From: Chrysomallon squamiferum
Taxonomy: Eukaryota; Animalia; Mollusca
Assembly (NCBI GenBank): GCA_012295275.1
Contig: CM022673.1
Location: 18,910,001-18,974,000, forward strand
Length of the DNA: 64,000 nt
Direction of reading: 5' to 3'
Of this stretch, positions 1 through 13,700 are shown one piece after another. Made by a program: the position numbers and the translations under genes. How positions within the stretch are numbered: position 1 is the stretch's first letter; every line of letters begins with the position of its first letter. The notes under the pieces are model-generated. The model saw only the letters and a list, made by a program, of their open reading frames with translations. It searched no databases and was not told the origin of the DNA.

Positions 1-2728
1 ATCAGTCATTCAGAGAAGCACCATTCTAACGACCACTGTGCACTGTTAAATACAAACATCAAAATGCATTATCACAAAACTTTATTCCTTCAATAAAGAC
101 ACAAGAAATACATTATACCAAAGATCTGTGAATGCATCAGAATTAATGTTTTCCTTGTAACACAGCTTTATGTTACAATTGTAATGATCCATTAAAAAGC
201 TCTTACATCAAGAAGAAATTTTGAATTTCATCCAAATTATTAAATGATTAGCATGGTGGTCATGGTTAAAATGTAAAAAGATCACATTTGTTTCATTATA
301 CAAACTTCTATAACCTTTATTTTAACAAAATAATCAACTTGGTTTTAATAATAAACTATTATTATATTAATAATTACCAGATATTTTATGAATAGTTTTA
401 GTAATTTTATACCATACAAATTTTGTACATGATGAAAATTAATACATGTACGTCATAACCTAAACAATAAAGCATTCTAAAAAAATTTCTTTTTTTTTTT
501 CCTTTCTTTTTCAATCTCGGTAGTCAATTAAAATATTCACTATTTTATTTTTTAATGGATATTGGACAATATTTAATCTTCAATGAAACTGATCAGTTTA
601 ATTTAAATCCAATTAAACCTAAGAAAAATTGGGTTCAAATGATTAGATCAATAATAAAATAATTTAAATAAAAATTATAAATAGTAGTAGTAAAAAATAA
701 ATAAAAGAAACAACAATCTCATATGCCTTTGTAATGTTGCTGACTGAAATTATATTTTGTTGCCCTTCTGTTTAATAACTTGAAAAATGTTAAAAAGAGC
801 AAATGACGTAGCAACAAAAACAAATATTTAATTTTTATTTTTAAAGAAGCACAAACATGATAAAATTCTATTAACTATACAAAAACATATGTATACATGT
901 ATATATATAAATAAAATTTGTTTCACTACAAAGTACATCAAGTTTTGCTTACTTTATTCTATTTTAATAAATTATTACAAGTAATGAGTATTTAAAATTT
1001 TCTGACAGCCTGGCTATATGAAAATCACAGAAATGTTTTGATTTGTACTGAGAAAGGGTTTAACATAATGGTCTAAAACATGCCATGAATTCTTTTAAAT
1101 ATCCAATAATTACTATTTAATCATCACAGTTCATCAGTTGAAAAAACATTTCATTTATATAAAAGTAGCAAAAAAATAAGAAAAACATACAGGATACAAT
1201 TACATAATTACACTCTGTATAATTGATTAAATAACAAATATTTCATTTTGAGAAACCACTACTGTGAATGGCATACATGTTTTGGGGAGGGGTTGTTTGT
1301 TATTTTAAAAAAAAAGAGAAAAATTTGAAAGTAGCTGATAAGAATAATTTACTTTTTGTTTTATTTCAAAATGCATGTTAACAGTTTTCTGGATTAAATA
1401 TGTCATCTTTTCTCTTAAATCCATTTTTTCTCATGATGTTTAAATATATTCAGCATGATTAAAAAATGTCAAGAAGCGGAATATATATATTCTGATTTAT
1501 ACAAATACAACAGTTTGTCAAAAACTATTTAAATTTAAATTGGCCAATATTTAAGAAAAAAAAAAAAAAACAATAATTAACTTGATATGGATGTAATTAG
1601 AAACCAAAAAGACTGCTGTTATTCTTAAGATCATTACACATTTTCCAACACAAAAATCAGTCTGCATTCACAGATCATGGTTTCTATTAATTCATTAAAA
1701 TATGAAAGTGCCAGAAGCTACAATTCACATGGATAACTATATCAATAAGGTTTATAATACTACACAAAGTGCCTTGTAAACACAAATCCAGAAATCAATG
1801 TGAATAATTTAGGAAACCCATTACCAGAAAAAACATCAATGAAATACAAGACAAACACCAACATGAATCTAATTATTTTGATTGATCATGCAATATTCAA
1901 TACTAAACTATCATAAAAAAAATCACATTAAATTTATTAAATGAAAAAAGAAAAATCATAAAAAGAAACACAAACATAGAAGAAAAGAAAAACAAAAAAA
2001 GAAAAGTAACATTTCACTGTGTTAAAATATTATATAAAGTGATGCTAAAAATCTGCAATTAACATCCAGAACCAGTAAGTGATGGTCTTCAGGTAGGTTG
2101 TGAGTTGCTTAGTAAGATCATCTGTAGCAAAGCTTGTACTTTTAAAATTTTTGTTGTCTGTATCCCTCTTTCGTGCATTTTTTAAAAGCAAGCATCAGCT
2201 GAAAAACTGCCATGCAGAAAAGTACCAACACAAAATGCCAGTTTTGCTGACAATATGCATAGATTCTGCTGAACAAAACACACACAATATGGTCACAAGA
2301 TGTACAGATTTTGTAAGAGTAGAATTCAGATCTTTATTCTTTATTTCAGATGCAAGGCACCAGTTTGACAATTCTGATGAACTAGAACACAGTAAGGTGG
2401 ACCAATACCTAAAACAATTTTTATCTTCAATTGCAGAAATGTTGCCAATCCTTCACAATCTTTAAATTGTCCATACATCTTGCCATTCCTTTATAAATTA
2501 TGTTGTTTTTTTCAGTCTTTTTCATTTTTTTACAATTTTTTTATAATTTTTTTTTTTTTTAACATTTATACTTTATATAACTTTTCTTAATTTCCATATG
2601 AAAGTTAAAAATAAAACACATGCAATTCAGAGAGATATAACTGTTGCACAAATGACAACATCCAGTCAGAAAGTCATCAAGTCTAAAAAAGTAGTTTTCT
2701 TCTCCCTAATTCATAATAGAGCATCAAA

Positions 2729-4702
2729 TTAATCGTCATCATCTTCACTCTCATCCTCAGCTTGCTCCAGCCAGGTTAACCACTGATTTACCTTATTAAA
2801 ATAATTTTAAAAATTATTATTAACAAAGACAAAACATTTTATAATGAACTATAATAACTATATATTTAAAGATCAAAATTCCTAAAAATACAGAAACAAA
2901 TACCAAATAAAAATAGAGTAGCAATCGACTTTATTTTTTAACCAAATAAATATTTAGGCAGGAATACAAGTAAAATACTGTGAGATTTTAATTTACCTGA
3001 AATAGAGCTTTGCCCTTTCCAGGATATTCATCATTCACTTCTTCCTTCCACTTTAGGAAAGCCTCTTCGTCCAGTATTTCCAAGTCATAATAAGCCATGA
3101 AGAACCTCAACAACATACCTATAGAAAACAATTATGTATTAAAAATACATACACTGAAATTAAATGCGATTTACTTCTACCAAAGTAGAATCAAATTAAG
3201 ATTTACCTCAGTTTCTTTATAGACATTTAGTTGCAAGCCAGAACTACTTTAACTTTAAACATCTACTGGGATGTGTTCAATTCCAGGTCAGTTAAGAACA
3301 AGGTTTAATAAATAATTGAAATTAATAAAATATTATCCAATTAGCTTTTAGTAATTGTGTCATGAAGAAATTTTAAATTAAAGATATACAAATGTTTGTT
3401 TTTTTAATCAAATTATAGTACTTTTTTGTAATCTAATAGTATTTATTACTTTCACGTTATATTAATGGGATACAAACAAACAATGAATGCATCATTTTCA
3501 AAATTATTAAACATTCTTCTCACCTTTTGGAAAATGATTACTGTAACAAAAGACTTGTGTTGCATACAAAGCGCTGACCTGCAGCTCCAGGTTTTCATGT
3601 AAAAATCTTTGCAGCACAGCCTGATCAAAAGAAATGGATTAATAGTATTCAAATATAGACAATAATAGTTTAAGAAGAATCTATAAAACTTCAAAAATGC
3701 AATTAAATAGAAAGCTTACATAACACATGAAATAACGTTTAGGATTAATTTCTTACATATACATTTGTGAGATATCTGTTCCATTAAATATTCAGTTACA
3801 TTGTATTGTAATCTTTCTTGAACTGGAATGTTATGGTATCTCAAAGCATTATGTGGGTCCTTACTTTTTTTTCTATTTGAACAATGTAATATCTGTATCA
3901 AACCTTGAGATTAATATTATTTCATATAAATGTGACTGTCAGATGAAAACTGGTTAGTTAGGCTATTATTATAAATTTCATATGTATTTCAAAGTGATTA
4001 AATTATGCTGGCTTTGCTTTTAAATTTTGTGATACTGAACACAGAAAACTGTCACTGAATACAATGACTTCTAAATAAAAATTGTAGTTTACTGCAAAGA
4101 GTTATTTTCATTCAATTCCCACCCCCTTTGTTTATCTTGATTTTGATTTACATTCCCAACAACTTAAGATTTAGAGTTTACTCTGTGTGAGCAATCATGT
4201 GTATATGTGCACACACTCAGGTACACACACACACAAACACATTCATTTGTCACATTAACATAAAATATAACCAATTTTAAAAAAAGAAAAGAAAGAAGTT
4301 TTTCAGCTACTTATAAATATTTAAAAGTTACCTTCAGCTTGTCTAGCAGTTCCTTTTCTTTCTCTGTGGTAGCTTTATCAGGTGCAATTGTAACATCAAT
4401 TGAATTACCAAGAGTTGTCTCACCTGTTACATGTCTCAAAATACTAGTAATGAAAAAAAGAAAGATTAGAAATGAACTTGTTTAAACAAAAAATAAATAT
4501 TTTGTTACCTGTTTCATTCTTTTTTTTTTAAACTACTGCACAGGGATATAGTAAGTCACACTGACATGTTATATGCAACAGAATTCTATTGCAAGAGAAT
4601 CTCCAAGACCAGGGGTCGGCAACCTTTTGGAGAGAGGGGGCCAGACAGCTATGCAGTGTTTTAGAGGAGGGCCAAGATATCAAATGTATTATATATATAT
4701 AT

Positions 4703-4735
<33 letters not shown>

Positions 4736-7700
4736 AATATATCTCTCTCTCTAGTATCTTCAATGTTGAGCACCAAAAAGGCATGCTAGGAAGCAACATG
4801 TTAAATTTACCAGGTAGTAAGAATATTTATAAATCCTGTAGTTTTCTGCATGCTAGGATCCACTCTATCTCTGATCCACTTGAAGACTGCTGTTGCAGAT
4901 GGCTCAGTTTGTATCTGTCGCCACAATTCTGACTGTATTGTCAATAATGGAAACAGAAAGCTTAGGTCCCGATCTTCAAGAATTTCAAGCATTCTGTCTT
5001 TCTTTTGGTCAATTTCTGAAAAAAGAAAACAAAGATATTAAAAAGAAAACGAAAACAAAACAAAAATACATAAAATTTAATTTTCAAACACTGCCTGGTA
5101 ATTTACTTCTTTGAAAATAAATATTAAAATACACCATATTAAAAAGTTAAGTCATTATATTTAGATATGAAATACAAGTCCACGCAAAATTTACAGTTTT
5201 ATTCAATATCAAATCAAAACTCTAACCTGGCAACATGAGCTTTAGATTAACTTTGCTGTCACTGAAGACATCTAGAAGCCATTCTTTTCCACGAACAGTG
5301 TGCAGATGCTGCAGAGTGAGCAGAAACAAAGGATGGTGTGCTCCATTTTCCATTGGCTGTGCCAGTTCAGCCAGTGTAATAATACTTTCACTAATGGCTC
5401 CAGCAGCAAAGAGAGCAATATGTGATCGTACAAGTGGAACATCCTCTTCCAGATCAGGCATTCTGGCAATCACTTTATGAAAACTCTGGATATAAATGCA
5501 ATTCATATCTTAAGTTTACTGAAATTTCTGGCTTTTTTTAAGGCTTTTTTTTAAATTTTGTTTTTATTGGTATATATAATAAAAAAATTAAAAAATAATG
5601 AAAAAGTTAGATGTATTTTAATAAACAAACATAAGATTAATCATGGCATTCTGATATCACACACCTGCATAAAATGATCTGATGTGGCAATGTTTTCTCT
5701 CTTCAGTTCAGACATCAGTTTTGTAACAGTCTCTCGCTGTTCATCTGTGTATGAAATTAAAGATCAAATTACAAAACAAAAAATGTATAAATTACTTTAT
5801 TTTAGGTTTTAAGTATACAAATTATGAAATATTAACTGACCTTGTCACAAAACCTGTTAACCTCACAGAAATGACAGTTATGCTTCCAGTTTAATTTACA
5901 CCTGTTAGTTGCCAGTCTGTTTTAAATGTTAAAATGTTTTTATAATATAATATAATAATGAAGTTAAGAATACAAACTGACCTGTTTTATCAATAGTTTC
6001 TATCATCAGCTGAGTTAGTAATTCAGGAATCAGTCTAAAAAATAAAAAATAAATGTTTAGTTAATAACTTCCTGCTATAGCAAAAATGTGCAAGATAAAA
6101 ATATCAGAATATCTCACTAATAAAGTTTAAAAAATAAAACATCTGGTACATTCATACAAATTATTTTGAATATTTGTTTTACAAGGTATGTTTTGACTAT
6201 ATTTAATACTCTTTGATATAAATGGTCAAATTCTTTGAAGAGTGTAATTGTATTTTTATTTCCACTGCCAATCTAAAAATGTCAAACAAATTTTTTTTAA
6301 ATAATTTGGCTTTGTAAGACCAGATTTTGCTAACAAGCATGGCAATAATGATTTTTTTCTTTTTTGTTCACTCTTGATATGGAAGAATGAAAGCCACAAC
6401 AAAATGATAAATCTACCACTGACCTGATGGGAAATAACTACATATGTGACTAGGTAAGAGTATTAAAAGAAAAAAAAAATTACATAAGAATTCAGTTAAT
6501 TTCAGTAATATATGTGAAAAAAAGCAACACTCATCCCTAAAGAAATCAAAGCAACACTCATCCCTAAAGAAATCAAAGCAACACTCATCCCTAAAGAAAT
6601 CAATACAACACTTACTTTTTAGGAACAGACAACTGTTTAATTGTTGAAACAGCTGTGTTGTAGTCAGCATTAGTCAGAAAGTCTGCCAACAATGATTTCT
6701 AAAGGGAAAGAAATAAGTTTTAAAAATGGTGAAGCTCTATTTAGCAAAGGTGGCAATAAAACCTCGTACTTTTAATAAATGAAAAATGTATTTACTAACA
6801 AAAGTGCATTTATTAATAAATTTAATAGAATTTACTTTTAAAAGATCATGGTCATTTAACAACTAAAAAACTTTAATATAAACACTTGTTATAAATGTAT
6901 GATGATATTAGAGAGGAAATCTGTACTACTTTTATTGGAAAATGAAATAACAAACCACGGCCTTTTCTAAGTCTTCCTTGGAGATCTTCTCCTTGTTAGA
7001 TTTATTCTTATCCTGACTGCTCTGTTTAATGGTAATTTGTGCCTAAGTATTTAAAAAAATAATAATAAATATAAAAAAAAATTAATGTGTGTATGTGTGT
7101 GCCTGTGCATATATATATATAAAACCAATAGCTCCCAAAAATATGCACTTTCTAAAGATTTTTTGATTACCTTACATGTACTCAATTAAAAAAAAATTAA
7201 AACTTAATTCCCCCACCCCGCTCATTTTCACTGGTATGTTAGGTTCCCAAAAGTGTTTGTATGTTTGGTCCACCATCCTGTTTTGACATAATTTTACTGA
7301 CTTTTTAACTCGATTTCTTTTCTGTTTGAGGTCCTATCTGAATAAAAACTGTATGAAATTAATTTTATCAACAGTGACTTGTGGTAGTAACTACCTTGTT
7401 CATACACTGCTTTTTCAATTTATTCCCGAGTCAAAATGATTGATCAAGCAGATTCTCTGCAACCAGAACTTCCTGAATTCTGTTTGAAGTTTTTATTTGT
7501 AAGCAAAATTAGGATTTGATTGATTAAATCTCACTTGAAACGATATCAGGACTGATTATTAAACTATTCCTCCTTGGTTAACATATCATCAAAGTTATTT
7601 AGGCACATCTCTTCTTGGCATAATGTTAGTTATAATCTTTATGTTAGAGAATACTTCTGGCACCTGATAAAGCAACAAACCTATGGTCACGTGACTTCAA

Positions 7701-10700
7701 ATTTCTCAAATGTTTCTGTAGTCTTATTTGTTTATTCAGTATTTAATTTATATTCTTCTGCAATGCCTTGAAAATATTGGATCTTATTATGGAATATGAA
7801 TATAACCAGAGTTAGTGCAGAAAAAAATAAGCTTGTTATGATTGAAATGAGGCTAAAAACATGTTATATGAATACTAAATAACAACATAGTAGGTCACTC
7901 ATTACAAATTTTCTTATTCAGTCTCTCATTTAGTTTGACATTTGTTTCATAAAATCCATTCCCACATTCAATCAGCTTCTCAGAAACATATTCAAAAGTA
8001 ACTTCTTAAACGTTAACCAATTAACAAATTTTGTATGTACTATTACATAGTAATTCCTTAACTATCCAATTTTTGTCTCTGTGTTCTTAATATACTCTTG
8101 TTGTAAAGTGCAATGCGCCCCAATCTCAGGATGAAAAGGTACTCAACAAGTCATTTTTATTTTTATATAGCCTTTAGTAGCATTAAGACGAACTGCATCT
8201 TGAATCTGAAGAAAACTGCAACATGTTAAAATAAAAAAATGAACCCTCTAAAACTTACTTCAGAATTGGCCCTTAAAAACCGAGCTTTTTTTAAAATGAC
8301 AAAATGTTAACAAACTGCCCCCATCACCCACCAAATATTTAAAAATTCATAACTTAGGAACTATTTGACAATTTTCAATTTTTTATCACTGTAATCAGGA
8401 TAAAAAGGTCTAAATAGAAAATGACTTTTGAGAACCTAATGATACATACAATTAATTCTTAACTGTAAAAATACATTTCTACTTACTTGCTTTGCCACGA
8501 CTGGATTGACAGCAGGACTTGCAACTTTCGTTTGTAAATTTGTAAAAGAACCAATTGTAGGAGGACCTTGTGCTGATTTAGGAAGCATATTTGGAGATGC
8601 TGGTTTGAGGACAGTGAAATTTTTGACTGGTCTCAAACTCACTTCATCCTTTGCTCCCCGTCCAGCAGTGGCTGGCTGAATAGTGGGTGTTGGCTGCATG
8701 GACATCCGCTGAAATCTTGGTGGCAGGTCTCGATTTGCTGTTAAATATCACAATGTTTCATGCTATATATTTATGTGTTTAAAATATATTCCCAAAATTA
8801 AGGTAACTTATGATACAAATGTATAATTAAAATGTTATTAATCTGTTATTATGGCTGAAATTTTAAAAGATGAAGTTTACATCTGTAACCTTGTCTAATC
8901 ATAAGAATTTATTTAGCATGCACAAAAAAAGAAAGAGGTAAGTTTTAGCAAGAGAAATAAGGAAGAGACTATTCATGTATCTAATAAATATTATCTATTT
9001 CTAATACCTTGAGTCTGCTGTTTGTAATGGTTAGATTGTTGCTGCTGTGAATTTGGCAACAACTGCTGAGAATTCTGTTGATTATTGTGCTGATTTCTTG
9101 GACTACCTGTCAGATCCTGGCGACGGTTACTGTAGTTGTTAAAACCTAATTAAAACAAACAAAAAATCAGAATGGATATTTGAGATTATGTTTATTTTTT
9201 AACTGAATATGTTTCCAGAAAATATATCCAAAAAGAAATAATTTTTACACATAGTATTTACAATTTTTAAACAATTCTGGCAATGCAGAAGAAAAAAACT
9301 ACTGGAGCTACAAGTGGTAAAAATGTGAAGTGTACCAAATGCAAACCTATTCAGCTTACTATATAATTAACATTAGAGACCTCATTTGTACCTTGATTTT
9401 GTTGAGTGTTTCGGTTTCTTCCCATATTATTTTGATACACTTGCCCATATCCATCAGTCTGTATCACTCCTGGGCCTGTTCCTATAGAGTTCACTGAAAT
9501 ACAAGGAAGCAATAAATACAAAATAGTTTTTCTTAAGAAAAAATAATAATTCCTCAATGGAAGAAACAGAAAATTTAAAACAATCTGATATGCAGTAAAG
9601 AACAAAATGATATCCTTATAATTTACTTAAAAGTTTCAAAGATAATTACTGTAATCTGTATGCAGTACAATTTTTTTATGAAACCAGTTTTTGTGTTTAA
9701 AAAATATCAGTACCACAATAATTTTGAGTCAGTTTTTGCTAAAAATATTTTCTGGGGGATTATTTCAAAAAATAAATCTTACCAATTGATCCTGGAGGTG
9801 CACTAAACAAATCCCCCAGTCCTGAATGATTTCCCTTCCACATTCCAGCAGAGCCATTCATCATCCTTCCTCCCATCATAGATGATCCTCTGCCATGATT
9901 GCCACCAGACATATAACCACCAAGTTCCTGCAGAACAAATAACAAATTTATTAAATATTTTATAGCTATACATGGTTTGTGCTAAATGCTTATTAAAACA
10001 AAATCCGTTAGCCTTTTCCAAAGATAAAACACAAAGAACAAATCTCAAATATAATAAAGCCACAAGATAACTAAATATGATTTTATTTTAAATGGTAAAC
10101 AGGTTTTACCTTCACAGTTAAAATAATATAATTATAAATCTTACACTAGCTGCTTCTTGACGTATTTGAACAATTGTTCTTGGGCCATTTTCTTGTCGTC
10201 CTTTACGAGGATTCCACTGAAAAGAACAAAGACATTTTTTTATTTTTTTATGCATCCTGTTATAAATTAAACAGTTTATAGAATTAAAAATTAATTTTCA
10301 AATTTTAAACTGGATAAACTATCAAATGTTTTCTGCAATAACGAAGTAGAATATATTCTAAAAATTACTGTTTCAATTCATTTTCACTTGATATAAGATT
10401 CATTAAAAAGTACTTCAGTAGCTGCAGAAATAAAAATACCTTTCCAGCCCTCAAATCCACCACATCTTGCAGCATGAACCGTATACGAGAAGGCAAATGG
10501 GAGTGTTTGCCAAAGAGCTCTATTCGCTCAAAGTATTTATCCATCCAGGCCTAAATGAAAAATATCTACATTAGCAATAATCATTATGTGAAAGAAATTC
10601 AAATACTTTGAATTGGTTTCTTTATTATTTTTTATAATTAAAAATAATAAAATGTATCACCTTTGCTTGGGGGGTGTCCAAACGTGGCCCAACAGTTCGC

Positions 10701-13700
10701 ATTATTTGACAGAGACACTCCAAGTCTTCTGCCATATCTCGGATTGGGGTGTTCTTTTTCTTCTCCAGGAGTTGTTTGATGCACCGGTGCAAAATACCTT
10801 CATGCAACATTTGGAGTTTACCAAGTTCTCCTGCAAAATGAAAAGCTCACACTGACAGTGTACATTTCTTTATCTTTAATAAAACAGTATCTCACACTGA
10901 AATTAATCTTTCTACCTAAACAAATAATTTTATATTTATTTTGTTTTTAGAATATTATCATTTGCACAATATCCGTTGTAAATTTAATTATAGATTATCA
11001 TGAAATGACATCTCACCAATAAACTTAATGTTGCCAAGCATCTTCTGCTTGGCCATATGCAGTTGTTCTTGCTCTTCATCTGTAAGAGGGCCATCTTTCT
11101 TGTCAAACACTAAAAGCAGAAAAATGAACATATGACAGTAAGACACTGTACTATACTGAAAACTATATCCCAAAGAAATTTTATTATACTTGTGAAGTCT
11201 GCATAAACTAAGCAAAAATGTCAGTCCGGTGTTAAAGACTGGCACCTGAAGTTTTATTAAGCTATTAAATATTTTTAATTTAAATAAAAATCTAAGAGTT
11301 CAGTTTGTACAGTTTACACTCTATGATGTTCATATTTATTAATAATGAGATTAAAAATTAGAAAAATGCAAATATACTATCAGAATAATTACCTTCAGTT
11401 GCTTTTGACCGATTTTCAAACTCATCCTGGCACTTATTTAAAAGAAGTTCCGCGGAAGGTCTGAAAAAAAAAGTGTCACATCATCTTTTTAAAATAATAA
11501 AACTCATGTTGAAAAGAAAACCATGTTCCTATGCTTATATCTAATTTATTCTTATTATACATGGTTTTTGTTTAGACATTTTACACACAGAAATACAAAG
11601 AATAAATTAATTGAAGAAAAATGTGTAAGTAACAAAATGAATTCTCAAATTCATATACATACTGTTACAGAAGTGTTGCTTGAGTCAAAGTTTGGTGCAT
11701 CTTCACATAATCGATGGCAGAGTTGGGCATACAATGAGCTATATTTAGGTTCATCCAAAGCCTTATCAAAAATCTGTATGAAAAAGAAAAAAGTAAAGTT
11801 AATTTTAAAATATGATTGCTAATATAACACACTAACGTACAATGTGTTATTACCTATGAACACTGCAAATGCTTACAATTGATTAAATTTACTCCATTCT
11901 TACTAAACAGTTTCAGCCAGTCACTTCCAAACATTTTTTTATATTTATTTTTTGTTTAATTTGAGTGATATTTAACAGTCGTTAACTCGCAAGAATATTT
12001 GCCATCATGATAATAGTGACCATGATATTAACAGCTATCATAGTGCCTACACTATAGCCCAAGAATATTGCATAACATTTTAATTTGTAAAATGGTTGTT
12101 ATGAAGTTGTAATATTTCTTAAAATACATCTTTTGTTAATGAATTTATTATAAACCTATCTTAACAACATTTTGCCATAAATAAATTTTTATAAATTTGT
12201 GTCAGAACATATATTCATACTGTAAACAAGCATCACATTGCTCCAGTTGTGTATATCTGAGCAGCCACAAAGAATTTAACCAAATTGTTTAACTTTATTT
12301 ATGTCAGTTTCTGGGAGCTACTTGGACAAACTTTGGACAAACTTTGAAACAATTTCATGTGTATCAGCTTGAGGTTATCTGACCAGTTGCATGACAACTG
12401 AAACCGGTACCTTACTTAGAGAAAATTTAACAAAGTAAAGATCATCAAAATTTTTCACAAGCTGTTGAACTAACTGCCTTTAATTTCTGATAAACATATT
12501 TAATGTGAACTTTTATGTTAAGGGGACGCGTGGTTAAAATCCAAAATTGTTATTTTTTATGTTATAGAATTGAAACCTTGTGGAAATAATCCCTTTTTGT
12601 TACCATATAAACACAAGAACCAGGTTTAATTTTTTTACGTTTTTGGCTTTTTTTAATATTACAGTACCCAATTTCATGAACCACTCCAACCCAAAACAAA
12701 ACAGATATGGGTCATTCCGTGTCAAATCACCCAAAAAAAAAAGAAATTTAAACCCGACCGTCTCAGATTTTTATAAAACTTGGTATACTTGTTGACTGGG
12801 ATCCCACAGCACCAAATCTGAAATATTAGCCCAATCAGACCAGTGGTGTGGGAGATACAGCCCACTGAATTTTGAGATTTTTGCCCAAAATGGGTGTGAC
12901 CACCAACCTTAGAACCCTTATATCTCAGGAACTACTGGGCCAATCTTCATAAAATTGGTATTGTTAGAAAGGCAAAATGACAAGGATTCCAAATCTGCCA
13001 TTTTTGTTTAGTTTGGAAAATATTGGAGTACCTTGACCTTTTGACCTTTGCTATGACCTTGAAATTGACCATGTGGATCACATGATCTTGAGATGACCTT
13101 TATTGAAATTTAATCTCCCACATGTTAACTAAAACATATAAAAGTTTCCTGGGTGTAATATTTTTTGTTTAGCCACAATATAGATTTAAAAAATGCACAT
13201 ACATGAAAATAACACCTTTTCAGCCATTAACATCTGATTAACTAAAACCTGAATGATCAATTCTGGATGCTAGGGATCACCATCTTTCTTGATCATCGAG
13301 TAAGACATTGTAGGCCTACATGTATGCATAAAGTTCACATAAATTTGAGAGAACTATGTGTTTCTGATGCTTAACCTTCTCACTATGTTTATTTCAAATG
13401 CTCACTGTATCCTTCATTCCCAGACACATTCTACCGTTCTCATCACTTTCATAAAATTGGATTATTTCCTCCTTCAATTCATTGTCCTTTCAATGGTAAA
13501 GGGTGACAAAATCAAGATTTGCACACGCTCTGGGTAGGATTCAGACATTAAGATGTCATTTTAATGTTACTGTAGCTGATGCTAGTTTTTTTCTGTCCTT
13601 TCATTCATTTACTGGAATGTGCTAGTGAATGGAGTTTCGCCTAAACTCGACAGAATAGAATTCAAATCAAAGTCCTTTTCTGGGGAAACAACAACCAGCA

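Noticed and set aside
2100-2465. 121-aa plus-strand ORF
   Set aside because: Antisense to the eIF4G2 3' UTR, starts at GTG, and has no recognisable motif or splice structure.
5841-5901. Possible poison exon (CTAACAG|...AAG|GTCAGT) in an eIF4G2 intron, with a similar case near 3207-3262
   Set aside because: The acceptors lack a polypyrimidine tract and cannot be supported without RNA data.
6522-6610. CRISPR-like 27-bp repeats
   Set aside because: Head-to-tail repeats with no spacers in a eukaryotic intron, so a minisatellite.
7546-7591. Minus-strand TGATGA...CTGA (C/D box-like) in an eIF4G2 intron
   Set aside because: Only about 46 nt, too short for a C/D snoRNA, with no terminal stem and no recognisable guide.
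11445-11460. Programmed +1 frameshift motif of the UUU_CGN type
   Set aside because: The sequence is UUC_CGC, which does not allow tRNA-Phe to re-pair in the +1 frame. It is kept only as an unexplained indel.
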